From Candidatus Latescibacterota bacterium (GTDB lineage Bacteria > Latescibacterota > UBA2968): DNA of 64,000 nucleotides. Shown piece after piece: positions 10,905 to 20,578 of the stretch. The notes beneath the pieces were generated by a model. That model did no database searches. It was not told the DNA's origin and worked only from the letters and a program-made list of their open reading frames with translations. A program made the position numbers and the translations under genes. Every line of letters begins with the position of its first letter. Position 1 is the first letter of the stretch. Location: positions 4,128,001-4,192,000 of the forward strand of contig OZ242311.1 of assembly GCA_965207885.1 (NCBI GenBank), in the 5' to 3' direction.

Positions 10905-11669
10905 ATGGATCAGTATATTTCTGAAACACAGTGGGCAACATTTGAAGCGCAAGGGTATCTTCATTTGGGCAAAGTAATGGACGATGGGGAACTGGAGGCA
11001 TTACAGCAGCGAATTGATGAGATCATGCTCGGCACGGCGTCCATCGACTACGATCATGTAATGATGCAACTGGATTCTGACCCCGAAAACAATGGAAAAC
11101 CCGGCCCTCAGAGCAAAGGACATAAATACGCGACACTCGGATATCGCAAAATTCAAAATTTGGAATTGGATCCCCTCTTTCTCTCATTTTTACAAAAACC
11201 ACAGTTTCGAGAAATCTGCGAACACATCTATGGCAAAAATACGCCCGTAGATTGTTTTAGGGCGATGTTTATGAACAAACCCGCGCACGACGGCACCCCG
11301 CTGGTATGGCATCAGGACCGCTGGACCGATCTAACCCTCGATCCTCAAATCACGATATGGACGGCTCTGGATCCCACATCAGTTGAAAACGGCTGTGTGA
11401 AAATTATTCCGAAATCGCATCACAGGCTGATAAATCCCCAGCAAGGCTCCGGATTTTTGACCGAAGAACACATCGAGACCATTGTATCCCAATACGAGCC
11501 AATAGATTTAATATTAGAAGCCGGCGACTCTGTTCTGCTCCACAACTGGATGCTGCACAGTTCGGGCGTAAACACCACAGATATTGCGCGCCGCGCATTC
11601 AGCGTGTGTTATATGCACGGTGACACGCGCTCATTGCGCGGCAGCACCTTCACCCGCGTCTTTGAATAG
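10905..11669 (+). CDS. PhyH family Fe/2OG dioxygenase
   Basis: WHQD, WTALD, NGC, HSSG.N motifs; ATG 10905 with AGGAG RBS. Confidence 0.88.
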   Translation: MDQYISETQWATFEAQGYLHLGKVMDDGELEALQQRIDEIMLGTASIDYDHVMMQLDSDPENNGKPGPQSKGHKYATLGYRKIQNLELDPLFLSFLQKPQFREICEHIYGKNTPVDCFRAMFMNKPAHDGTPLVWHQDRWTDLTLDPQITIWTALDPTSVENGCVKIIPKSHHRLINPQQGSGFLTEEHIETIVSQYEPIDLILEAGDSVLLHNWMLHSSGVNTTDIARRAFSVCYMHGDTRSLRGSTFTRVFE

Positions 11670-11672
11670 ACG

Positions 11673-11708
11673 GAGCGGTGTAAAACTGGCCGTATCTCAG
11701 GCCAGTTC
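11673..11708. repeat. 36-bp hairpin mini-repeat, copy 1, flanked by ATAGACG direct repeat
   Basis: GAGCGGTGTAAAACTGGCCGTATCTCAGGCCAGTTC; near-identical copy at 15357-15392. Confidence 0.75.
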
Positions 11709-11772
11709 ATAGACGAACCCCACTCCATCACTCAAAGTTGCACCAAACTCCGTCGTTGATTCGCTGATTTAT

Positions 11773-13506
11773 ATGTCTGACCCCATCGTTTTATTTGAAT
11801 CGCATCGCAAAGGTGCGAGTTATCGTTTTTGCGACCTGTGCGATACCATTTGCGTTTCGCATCCCAAAGATGTTGCTCCCGCACTCGAACGCATTGAACA
11901 GGCTGTCCATTCGGGATTACACGCAGCGGGATTTTTGTCTTATGAAGCCGCATCGGGTCTGGATCCCGTTTTAAAAACGCACGTACCGGGAGATTTTCCA
12001 CTCATGTGGTTCGGCCTGTTTCGGCATCGAGAACATATCCCTGTCGGAACACCGAATGATAGAAACTACGATCTGGACTCATGGCGCCCCTCTGTTTCGC
12101 GCGCTGCTTACGATACCGCCCTGAATCGCATTCGAGACCTCATCATTGCCGGCGATACCTATCAGGTTAATTATTCCTTCCGAATGCGGGCAAATTTTTC
12201 GGGCAATAGCCTGAGTTTTTATCGCGATCTATGTCGGGCGCAGCGCACGGATTATGCGGCGTATCTGGATATCGGGCGATTTCAAATCCTATCGGCTTCG
12301 CCCGAATTGTTTTTTTCGTTAAAAAATAACACGTTAATCGCGCGTCCGATGAAAGGCACTGCACCTCGGGGACGATGGTGGGAAGAAGATGAAGCGCGTA
12401 CAAAACAGCTTCAAAAATCCGAGAAAGACCGCGCGGAAAATGTGATGATCGTCGATTTGATGCGCAGCGATTTGGGGCGCGTTTCAAGTGGTGTGAAAGT
12501 GCCATTACTATGGCAGGTCGAACGTTATGAAACCGTATTGCAGATGACCTCAACCGTGACATCGCGCATGCGTTGTGGCGTGGGGTTGCGCGAACTGGTG
12601 ACAGCGCTCTTTCCGTGCGGCTCCGTAACCGGTGCGCCCAAAGTGCGTACCATGGAAATTATCAAAGAAGTAGAGCGAACTGCGCGGGGAATTTATACTG
12701 GAAGCATTGGCTACCTGTCGCCGGGAGGGGACATAGCCTTTAATGTGGCGATTCGCACAGTCTGTATTGACCGCAAAACGGGTATTGCAGAATTTGGTGT
12801 GGGCAGTGGCATAACCTGTGATTCCTCAAATGATGGCGAGTATGAAGAGTGTTTGACCAAAGCGCGCATGCTCGCAGAACGACAACCTGTTTTTGACCTG
12901 TTTGAAACCCTGCGATACGACGGCAAAAACGGGTTCTTTTTGTTAAATCGTCACATAGATCGAATAGAAGCGTCCTCGCGGTATTTTGGATTTGCTTTTG
13001 ATCGGTTAAACGTCCTATCTGAGCTCGAAAAGGCAGTATCGGGTCTGGATACACCACAACGGGTGCGCCTTGTCCTATCGCGCAGGGGCTGTGTACAGGT
13101 TGAAACCACACCACTTAAAAATGCATCGCAAGATCGCGTACTTTCCGCCCGTATCTCACCACTACCGGTTGACAGCCGCGATCCCCTATTATTTCACAAA
13201 ACAACGCGCCGCGAACCCTATACCTCTCGATTGAACATGTATCCCCTATGTGAAGAAATCATTCTCATCAACGAACGCGGCGAAGCTACAGAATGCAGCA
13301 TTGGCAATCTCGTCGCCAAATGGGACGACCTGTATGTAACACCTCCCATTTCCTGTGGCCTGTTGGGCGGCACCTTTCGCGCCGAATTATTATCGCGAGG
13401 CAAAGTTACGGAGCAAGTGTTAAAAATAGATGACCTGAAACGCGCGGAGGTACTCTACATGATCAATTCTGTGCGAAAATGGACAAGGCTTAAACTTATT
13501 GAATAG
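11773..13506 (+). CDS. pabB: Aminodeoxychorismate synthase component I fused to ADC-lyase-like (class IV aminotransferase) domain
   Basis: GDTYQVN, SPELFF, PMKGT, KDRAENVMIVDL, PCGSVTGAPK; C-terminal FETLR, HKTT, GLLGGTFR. Confidence 0.88.
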   Translation: MSDPIVLFESHRKGASYRFCDLCDTICVSHPKDVAPALERIEQAVHSGLHAAGFLSYEAASGLDPVLKTHVPGDFPLMWFGLFRHREHIPVGTPNDRNYDLDSWRPSVSRAAYDTALNRIRDLIIAGDTYQVNYSFRMRANFSGNSLSFYRDLCRAQRTDYAAYLDIGRFQILSASPELFFSLKNNTLIARPMKGTAPRGRWWEEDEARTKQLQKSEKDRAENVMIVDLMRSDLGRVSSGVKVPLLWQVERYETVLQMTSTVTSRMRCGVGLRELVTALFPCGSVTGAPKVRTMEIIKEVERTARGIYTGSIGYLSPGGDIAFNVAIRTVCIDRKTGIAEFGVGSGITCDSSNDGEYEECLTKARMLAERQPVFDLFETLRYDGKNGFFLLNRHIDRIEASSRYFGFAFDRLNVLSELEKAVSGLDTPQRVRLVLSRRGCVQVETTPLKNASQDRVLSARISPLPVDSRDPLLFHKTTRREPYTSRLNMYPLCEEIILINERGEATECSIGNLVAKWDDLYVTPPISCGLLGGTFRAELLSRGKVTEQVLKIDDLKRAEVLYMINSVRKWTRLKLIE

Positions 13507-13515
13507 GAGATATTT

Positions 13516-14718
13516 ATGTACCGCATCGGACAACCCGAAGCCAAGCGCGTGGAAACCCTCCTGGAAAGCGGTGAAATTTTTCGCTATGGCAAGGCCGGCG
13601 AATGCGACCAATTTGAAGCAGACTGGGGAAAGCGATTGGGCGGTGTTCAGGTCCGCATGACCACCAGCGGCACGGCATCGCTCTATTGCGCCCTCATTGG
13701 CCTGAAAGTTGGACCGGGCGATTCGGTCATTGTGCCATCGTGTACCTATATGGCGACCGCACTCGCCGTTGTTGCCGCAGGAGCCATGCCCATTATTGCC
13801 GAAGTAGATGAATCGATCACCCTCTCGCCCGAAGATGTCGAGCAAAAAATTGCCCCGCACACAAAAGCCATCATTCCCGTGCATATGTGGGGATTGCCCT
13901 GTAATATGGACGCACTGATGGATATAGCAGAAAAACGCGGGGTAAAAGTATTGGAAGATGCCTGCCAGGCCGTGGGTGGTGGATACAAAGGGCGCGAACT
14001 CGGGTCCATCGGACATGCCGGGGCATTCAGCTTTAACTATTTCAAAAACATGACCAGCGGCGAAGGCGGCGCGTTTGTCTCTGCTGATGACTCTGTATTT
14101 CGGCGCGGATCAGTAGCAGCAGATTGTTGTTCTTATTACTGGAATCCCGACGAACACCGCCCAAATGAACAATTTGTCGGATTGAATTTCAGAGCCACTG
14201 AAATCTCGGGCGCCATTCTCAACGCACAACTCGAGCGCATCGACGAAATGTTGGATCGCATGCGCGGACACAAACGAACCCTGACAAAAGTGGGCGAAGA
14301 CGCGGGCCTGACATCCATTACAAACAACAGTCTGGATTGCGAATGCGGGACCCATGTCGGCTTTATTTTCAATTCCGAAGAAAACGCTCGCGCCTTTGCC
14401 AAACAGATATCGGAATTGAAAGGACGCGCTTTTTTGCCCATCGACACCGGGCGACACGTTTACACGCGATGGGATCCCATTATGCGAAAGCAGGGGGCAC
14501 ACCATCCCGCGCTCGACCCATTTAAACTGCCGCAAAACAAGGCATTGAATATCGAATATTCAATGGACATGTGCCCCAGGTCGCTGGATATCTTGAGCCG
14601 CGCAGTACTCATTGGCATGCACCCGGACAACGACCGAGAAAAGATAGATGAACTTGCAGACGCCATTCGGGAATCTGCACATGTTGTAAAACATCAAAAA
14701 AAGGAGATTTTGACATGA
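13516..14718 (+). CDS. DegT/DnrJ/EryC1/StrS PLP aminotransferase
   Basis: SGTASL, PVHMWG, EDACQA, FSFNYFKNMTSGEGG. Confidence 0.88.
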   Translation: MYRIGQPEAKRVETLLESGEIFRYGKAGECDQFEADWGKRLGGVQVRMTTSGTASLYCALIGLKVGPGDSVIVPSCTYMATALAVVAAGAMPIIAEVDESITLSPEDVEQKIAPHTKAIIPVHMWGLPCNMDALMDIAEKRGVKVLEDACQAVGGGYKGRELGSIGHAGAFSFNYFKNMTSGEGGAFVSADDSVFRRGSVAADCCSYYWNPDEHRPNEQFVGLNFRATEISGAILNAQLERIDEMLDRMRGHKRTLTKVGEDAGLTSITNNSLDCECGTHVGFIFNSEENARAFAKQISELKGRAFLPIDTGRHVYTRWDPIMRKQGAHHPALDPFKLPQNKALNIEYSMDMCPRSLDILSRAVLIGMHPDNDREKIDELADAIRESAHVVKHQKKEILT

Positions 14719-15338
14719 AAATGCAATGGATGTTGATTCTAATTTTGACCCTGAGCAACAGTGTATTGGCTGCGCCGAGCAAACCAGCACCTCGCAAACC
14801 CAAGGAAGGCCAAAACGAAATCGCGATCCGTCACCATAAAGAAGGCTTGCGCCACCGGGATGCGGCCTGGGTCTATGAAGAAAAAATGTCGGGCACAGAA
14901 GGAGAAGAGCGAGAAACGTACGCGCGGTTTATCCAGGACCTGTACAATCGCGCACTGGGAGAATTTGCGAAAGCGACCGAGCAGGACTCGACGTATTACC
15001 AGGCATTTAGCAGTTTGGGATACGTCAAGCGCAAAACCGGAGATATGGACGGAGCAATGGCAGCGTACAATCGCGCTTTGACATTAAATCCAAACTACGC
15101 AGAAGCCATTGAATATCGCGCAGAAGCGTATTTGATCGTGGGACAGGTGGAAAAAATGAAAAAAGCGTATGGGGTATTGGCCGCACTGAATCGCCCTCAC
15201 GCAGCGCGATTGTTGACCTTTGTAACACAATGGGCAGATGGCGCAACCGATGCAGATATGGCAACCTCTTTGCGGACATGGGCATCTGAACAAAAAGAAA
15301 AACTCGGCGAGGTAAAAACATTTGTTGAGAAATGGTGA
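14715..15338 (+). CDS. Exported TPR protein
   Basis: Signal peptide; YNRALTLNPNYAEA TPR. Confidence 0.75.
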   Translation: MKMQWMLILILTLSNSVLAAPSKPAPRKPKEGQNEIAIRHHKEGLRHRDAAWVYEEKMSGTEGEERETYARFIQDLYNRALGEFAKATEQDSTYYQAFSSLGYVKRKTGDMDGAMAAYNRALTLNPNYAEAIEYRAEAYLIVGQVEKMKKAYGVLAALNRPHAARLLTFVTQWADGATDADMATSLRTWASEQKEKLGEVKTFVEKW

Positions 15339-15341
15339 TAT

Positions 15342-15405
15342 GTAGGAGTGGGTTTCGAGCGGGGTACAACTGGCCGTCTCTCAGGCCAGTTCAACCCGCT
15401 CCTAC
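15342..15405. repeat. GTAG-type REP-like palindrome containing copy 2 of the 36-bp hairpin repeat
   Basis: GTAGGAGTGGGTT...AACCCGCTCCTAC arms enclose 15357-15392; lies between convergent genes. Confidence 0.7.
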
Positions 15406-15411
15406 TAACCA

Positions 15412-16119
15412 CTAACCACTGACTGAAACAATCAAACCAATAAAACCACCAAAAGCCCCGCCCCAAACGACCAGCCAGCCCAGATGTTTGTGAATCATCT
15501 CCTGGACAATGGTCTTAACCATTTCGGGCGTCAACTCGTTTAGACGCTGCATAACAATGGCGTCAACCTTGTCAATCATTTCTTCCGTATAACTCGCGGT
15601 ATTCAACCCTCTCTGGATGGCATCGAGAAATTTGGGCGAGGATAGCAAGAGGCGGATTTCTACTCGGATTTTTTTTACAAAAGGATCTCTGAGAGGCTGT
15701 AATGCCGCTGTACCGCCGAACATATTGATTACGCTGCCAAAAGGAGAGGACATAACAGCCTCCATCAGGCGGCTGAAGATGCGGTCGCAGTCAACGGCCT
15801 CAATAACGGGGTCGGCATCGAACTCATCTGGAATTTTTTGTTCGGCGAGAAATTTTCTAACATTTTCAGCGGTAAAAAACTGATTCATAATCAAAGCGTG
15901 GATACCCGTCTTAAATTCTTCAAACCGACTCGGCACAACACCTGAACCATATAGTCCCGGCACTTTCTCAAAAAGCATGTGAACCGCCAACCAGTTGGTC
16001 AGGGCACCCGAAGTTGCAAAAAGCCCAACCGCGAGCAAATGATCGGAATAAACAGGACTGACATAACCTGCACCGATCACGCCGACCGCGAGCAGATTTG
16101 TCACAAGGCTTTTATTCAT
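15412..16119 (-). CDS. DUF445 family membrane protein
   Basis: TNWLAVHMLFEKVPGLYGSGVVP and HLGWLVVWGG signatures. Confidence 0.85.
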   Translation of the reverse strand: MNKSLVTNLLAVGVIGAGYVSPVYSDHLLAVGLFATSGALTNWLAVHMLFEKVPGLYGSGVVPSRFEEFKTGIHALIMNQFFTAENVRKFLAEQKIPDEFDADPVIEAVDCDRIFSRLMEAVMSSPFGSVINMFGGTAALQPLRDPFVKKIRVEIRLLLSSPKFLDAIQRGLNTASYTEEMIDKVDAIVMQRLNELTPEMVKTIVQEMIHKHLGWLVVWGGAFGGFIGLIVSVSG

Positions 16120-16154
16120 ACCGGAGTCCTTACAGGGAAATAGCGAAAAAAATC

Positions 16155-17225
16155 TCAGAGATAGCAGAACAACGTGGCAATCAGATTGTCAAAAACGCTC
16201 AGACGGCAGACCTCATAACCGTGGGAATTTTCTCTCGGATACCCAATAGTTGCAGCACGAGGCACGTGACCCGCCTGAAGAACGCCCGAGGCATCGGACG
16301 CCGCGCGATCGTAAACAGCGTATTGCAATTGTGTACCCGCGCGTTGCGCTGCTGCTGCGAGATCGGCAATCAAGCCCTGATCGAAATGCATCTGGCTATC
16401 TCTTGACCAGACCGCTGGGCGACCATCGAGTTGAAGTTGTTGGTTCCTCGGCATAGGAGCAGAATCAACCGCGATAAAAATTTCGACCGGGTTTCGCGCG
16501 GTCCAGCCACGTGCCCCAATCAATCCGGTTTCTTCTTGAACGAGAAAACACAGGCAGGTGGTGCGATTGGGTATTGTCTTTTCTTCCGAAATGCGCTGAA
16601 GCAGGCGCAGAAGGGTGAGACTCCCGCCCCGGTTGTCAAATAACCACGCGGAAACGAGCGGATCGTCGGGTGGCCCAAAAAAATGAGGACCGCGCACACC
16701 TGCCACTGGTACAGCAGTCGATCCAACGCGCACACCTGCGCGGGCGAGTTGATCGGGTGTCAGACCAGTGAGCAAATGACAATAGGGCCAGGTAATGCCA
16801 CTTTGCCCCGTTGCAAATTGCGTGTTGGGATCCGACGGATCAGTCGTATGCGTAGAACCAAAACAGAGATGTGCCGCAACCGTCTCTGCACCATCTGAAA
16901 CGATTTCAACAGGACATTCGCCGAGTTTCCAGGGATGCAACCCACCGCTCGGGCGCACCTGCAGGGTACCATCGGCATTGATGGCGGTAATCACCATGGC
17001 GAGTTCGTCCATATGACTGGCAAGCGCGATATGCCCCAGATCGGGATTTTGCCCGGGCACTTCCACCCAAACATTGCCCTGCTGGTCTTGTTTTGGTGCA
17101 TGCCCCAAATCGGCAATGCGATCCATAATAACCCGGGCCATAAGTTCTTCGCGGCCCGATGGTGCGGGAACGCGCAAAAGGTCTGACAACAAAAGTACAT
17201 TGGGATCATCTTGAGGATAAGACAT
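16155..17225 (-). CDS. M42/M20 family metallopeptidase
   Basis: PSGRE, HMDE, DNR, QEE, VD, HG metal-ligand motifs. Confidence 0.8.
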   Translation of the reverse strand: MSYPQDDPNVLLLSDLLRVPAPSGREELMARVIMDRIADLGHAPKQDQQGNVWVEVPGQNPDLGHIALASHMDELAMVITAINADGTLQVRPSGGLHPWKLGECPVEIVSDGAETVAAHLCFGSTHTTDPSDPNTQFATGQSGITWPYCHLLTGLTPDQLARAGVRVGSTAVPVAGVRGPHFFGPPDDPLVSAWLFDNRGGSLTLLRLLQRISEEKTIPNRTTCLCFLVQEETGLIGARGWTARNPVEIFIAVDSAPMPRNQQLQLDGRPAVWSRDSQMHFDQGLIADLAAAAQRAGTQLQYAVYDRAASDASGVLQAGHVPRAATIGYPRENSHGYEVCRLSVFDNLIATLFCYL

Positions 17226-17371
17226 AAAATGTCACCTTTTCGTTTCAGGATTATTATCGACCACTAAGAATACGCTGGCGCGTGCAATTTATCAAGTGCT
17301 TTCAAAATTCATGAAGCCTTTTGGTGTGTTATCCGTCCAATGATTTGACATAAAGCCTTATACCCTTCCAT

Positions 17372-20300
17372 GTGAGAAAAATGATGGACCGTCAGTCTGC
17401 CTTATTGCCGCGCATTTCAGTGAATCGCCCCGTTACGGTTGCGATGTGTCTGGTCGCGTTATTACTGGTGGGTATTATGGCCTATTTCCGCGTACCGGTG
17501 AAATTTTTCCCCTCGGGATTTACACCGGCTTTTTTGTATGTGGATATTGAATACAATCACCGCAACGCCTCGCCCCAGGAAGCCGAACAACAAATCGCCC
17601 GCCCACTGGAAGAACAGTTGCGCGCGGTAAAGGGCATAAAGAAAATTCGCACGTACAGCGCGTCTTATGGCGTGGATGCGCCCATTGAGTTTCAGCCCGA
17701 TACAGATATGGTCCTGGCTTATAATCAGGTGATAGATCGCCTTGAGCGTCTCAAATTAGAATTGCCAGAAGAGGTACGCGATCAAGTCTATGTGTATAAG
17801 TTTAATGTAGATAGCTGGTCCATTATGTGGGCGGGCGTCTCTCTGGATCCATCGGTTGTCGATCCCTATCAGTTCTTAAACCTGCATGTGAAACGGCGTT
17901 TGGAGCGGGTCGAGGGCGTGGGTAGAGTCAGCTTTTGGGGCGTGGATGAGAAAGAAGTCATGATCGAACTCAGCCACGAGCGATTGATGACCCGGGGGGT
18001 GGATTTGGGAACGGTGGTGCAATCGCTGCGCTCGGACAACTTCGCGCTTTCGGTCGGGCATGTGCGCGAAGGCGGCAAGCGATTTTTTGTGCGCTCACTC
18101 GCCAAATATCAAAGTGTAGATGAAATCAAAAATATTCTCATTCGCACCCCCCGGAGCGAAGTGCGTCTTGGAGATGTATCAGACATAGTTTACGACATCC
18201 CCGGACGGTCCTGGTATCAGCGCATTGATGGACGAGAAGCCGTATCAATAGCGATTTATCAAGAATCGGGCGCCAATATTGTAGAAGTATGCGAGCGCGT
18301 GGTGGCGGCTTTTCAGGAGATTGAAAGCGATCCGTCGATGGAAAAAAAGATCGCTTTTAATGTGTTTTTTAATCAGGGCGAATACATTAGCGATTCAATT
18401 CGCAATTTGGAAACCACAGGACTTTGGGGCGGGTTATTTGCCGCGATGGTTCTGCTATTCTTTTTGAAAACATTGCGCATGACAGCGATTATCACCCTAT
18501 CTATTCCCCTGTGCGTGATGATTACGATTACAGCACTTTATTTTCTCGGCTGGTCGCTCAATGTGCTGACCATGATGGGCCTGATGGTAGGCGTGGGAAT
18601 GGTGGTCGATAATGCCATTGTAATCCTGGAAAATATCTATCGCATGCGCGGCAAAGGGCTGCCCGGCAAAGAAGCGGCCATCGCAGGTGCTGGCGAAGTC
18701 GGATTGGCGATCACTATGGCAACGCTCACAACTGTTGTCGTATTTTTGCCGCTGATGCTGATGAGCGGCAGTGTAGAATTGACCTTTTTTCTCGCGCGCA
18801 TTGGTGTGCCGGTTGTGGTCGCACTTGTGGGATCGCTATTTGTGGCACTCATTTTTATTCCGCAGGCATCATTGCGTTTTGGAGGTTCCCAGGTCAAAGC
18901 CGACCCCTCGATAATTCAACGCACGCGCCATTATTACACACGCATGCTGAACTGGACACTCACCCATCGGCGCGATGCATTTTTGATCGCTCTCGCCCTG
19001 CTCGGAAGCATCAGCTATCCAATGAACGAACTCAAGCGCGGCGATTCAGACGGCAGCATGCTCAATGATTTTCGCATCGAGTTCAGTTTTCCAAAGGATT
19101 TTGGCATTCGAGATGCCAGCGACACAATCGCAGAAGTCGAGGATTTTTTAGATGCCCGCCGCGAGAAATACGGCATAGAGACCATGCGCGTGTGGTTTAG
19201 ATCTACGTATGGCTCTATTCACGTCTTTCTGAAAAAGACCAATGAAGCCTGGTGGCAGACAACCTATAAATCCGTACGCGCATTGATCGGTATTCCCATA
19301 CAACAGCATCTAACACGCAACGCCGTCATCGAAGACCTGAAAAAGCACGGCCCCCAATTTGTAGGCGTCAAAGTGGCTGTACAGGGGCAAAGCAGGAGCG
19401 GTGGTGAAGGCGGTGATTCTGCCGTTTCACTGGCTCTCTATGGGGATAATGTCGATGTACTCGCGAATCTGGTGCAAGAGGTTGACCGACGGCTAAAAGA
19501 AATCCCCTCGGTCATAAGCGTAGATTCAGACCTGGAACGCGCCAATGATGAAGTACAGGTCATTATCGACCGGGAACGCGCACAAAAATTTGGACTCGTA
19601 GCTCGAGACGTGGGACGCAGCATTGGTTTCGCGCTCCAGGGCGTACAATTGCCCTATCTCCAGTCTGACAACCACGAAATCAGGGTGCGGCTGTATTTGG
19701 AAAAATTGAACCAGCAAACACTGCAACGCCTGAAGCGTTTGACTTTTCCGTCTGAAACGGGCACACAGGTTTCATTGCTGGACTTTGCCACCCTGCGCGT
19801 AGATCAAGGACGCGGCACCATCAGGCGAGAAGATGGCAAAACGCGGTTGCGGGTGCGGGCTTTTACGACCAAAGAAGATATCAAAGAACTGTATGGAGAA
19901 ATTGACCGCGCAATGGAAGGATTTGAAATGCCGCGCGGTTATACCTGGGACAAAGGGGAAAGATATTCCAAGCTGCGGGAAGAAGATTACACCATGTATT
20001 TCGCCGCGATTATGGCCGTGACCTGTGTCTTCCTGTTGATGGGCGTTTTGTTCGAGTCCTTTATCCTGCCATTTTCTGTTTTGTTTTCCATCCCGTTTGC
20101 CGGTCTGGGGGTTTATTGGACACTTTATGCGACCCAAACACCTATGGCAGGATTGGCCATGGTAGGTATCATTGTGCTCATCGGTGTGGTCGTCAACAAT
20201 GCGATTGTGCTAGTCGATATGGTGAACCGCCTGCGCGCGGAGGGCATGAATAGAACCGCTGCAATCATGGAAGCCGGTGCAAATCGCTTTCGCCCCATTA

Positions 20301-20557
20301 TGATGACGACATTTACAACAGTCTGCGGCCTTTTGCCAATGGCTCTGGGAAGCAGTAAAGTTCTGGGACAGCCCTATGCACCTATGGGATTCACCATGAT
20401 CGGCGGCCTGCTCTCTTCGACTCTGCTTACCCTGCTGCTCGTCCCCTTGTTTTACACATTTTTGGATGACTTACGCTCAGCCCTCAAAAGGCTGACAAAT
20501 AGTGCCTTCAACGCGCTGAAAGTTGGCGACACACAGGCGGCAGACATGGCGGATTAA
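17372..20557 (+). CDS. RND efflux permease (AcrB/AcrD/AcrF family)
   Basis: ~1060 aa; NRPVT start, GMVVDNAIV, RFRPIMMTT, 12-TM layout. Confidence 0.9.
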   Translation: MRKMMDRQSALLPRISVNRPVTVAMCLVALLLVGIMAYFRVPVKFFPSGFTPAFLYVDIEYNHRNASPQEAEQQIARPLEEQLRAVKGIKKIRTYSASYGVDAPIEFQPDTDMVLAYNQVIDRLERLKLELPEEVRDQVYVYKFNVDSWSIMWAGVSLDPSVVDPYQFLNLHVKRRLERVEGVGRVSFWGVDEKEVMIELSHERLMTRGVDLGTVVQSLRSDNFALSVGHVREGGKRFFVRSLAKYQSVDEIKNILIRTPRSEVRLGDVSDIVYDIPGRSWYQRIDGREAVSIAIYQESGANIVEVCERVVAAFQEIESDPSMEKKIAFNVFFNQGEYISDSIRNLETTGLWGGLFAAMVLLFFLKTLRMTAIITLSIPLCVMITITALYFLGWSLNVLTMMGLMVGVGMVVDNAIVILENIYRMRGKGLPGKEAAIAGAGEVGLAITMATLTTVVVFLPLMLMSGSVELTFFLARIGVPVVVALVGSLFVALIFIPQASLRFGGSQVKADPSIIQRTRHYYTRMLNWTLTHRRDAFLIALALLGSISYPMNELKRGDSDGSMLNDFRIEFSFPKDFGIRDASDTIAEVEDFLDARREKYGIETMRVWFRSTYGSIHVFLKKTNEAWWQTTYKSVRALIGIPIQQHLTRNAVIEDLKKHGPQFVGVKVAVQGQSRSGGEGGDSAVSLALYGDNVDVLANLVQEVDRRLKEIPSVISVDSDLERANDEVQVIIDRERAQKFGLVARDVGRSIGFALQGVQLPYLQSDNHEIRVRLYLEKLNQQTLQRLKRLTFPSETGTQVSLLDFATLRVDQGRGTIRREDGKTRLRVRAFTTKEDIKELYGEIDRAMEGFEMPRGYTWDKGERYSKLREEDYTMYFAAIMAVTCVFLLMGVLFESFILPFSVLFSIPFAGLGVYWTLYATQTPMAGLAMVGIIVLIGVVVNNAIVLVDMVNRLRAEGMNRTAAIMEAGANRFRPIMMTTFTTVCGLLPMALGSSKVLGQPYAPMGFTMIGGLLSSTLLTLLLVPLFYTFLDDLRSALKRLTNSAFNALKVGDTQAADMAD

Positions 20558-20578
20558 TTTTGCTCACCTTCTTGAACC

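Noticed and set aside
9579-10906. 319-aa and 249-aa minus-strand ORFs
   Set aside because: Antisense to the well-supported beta-barrel gene.
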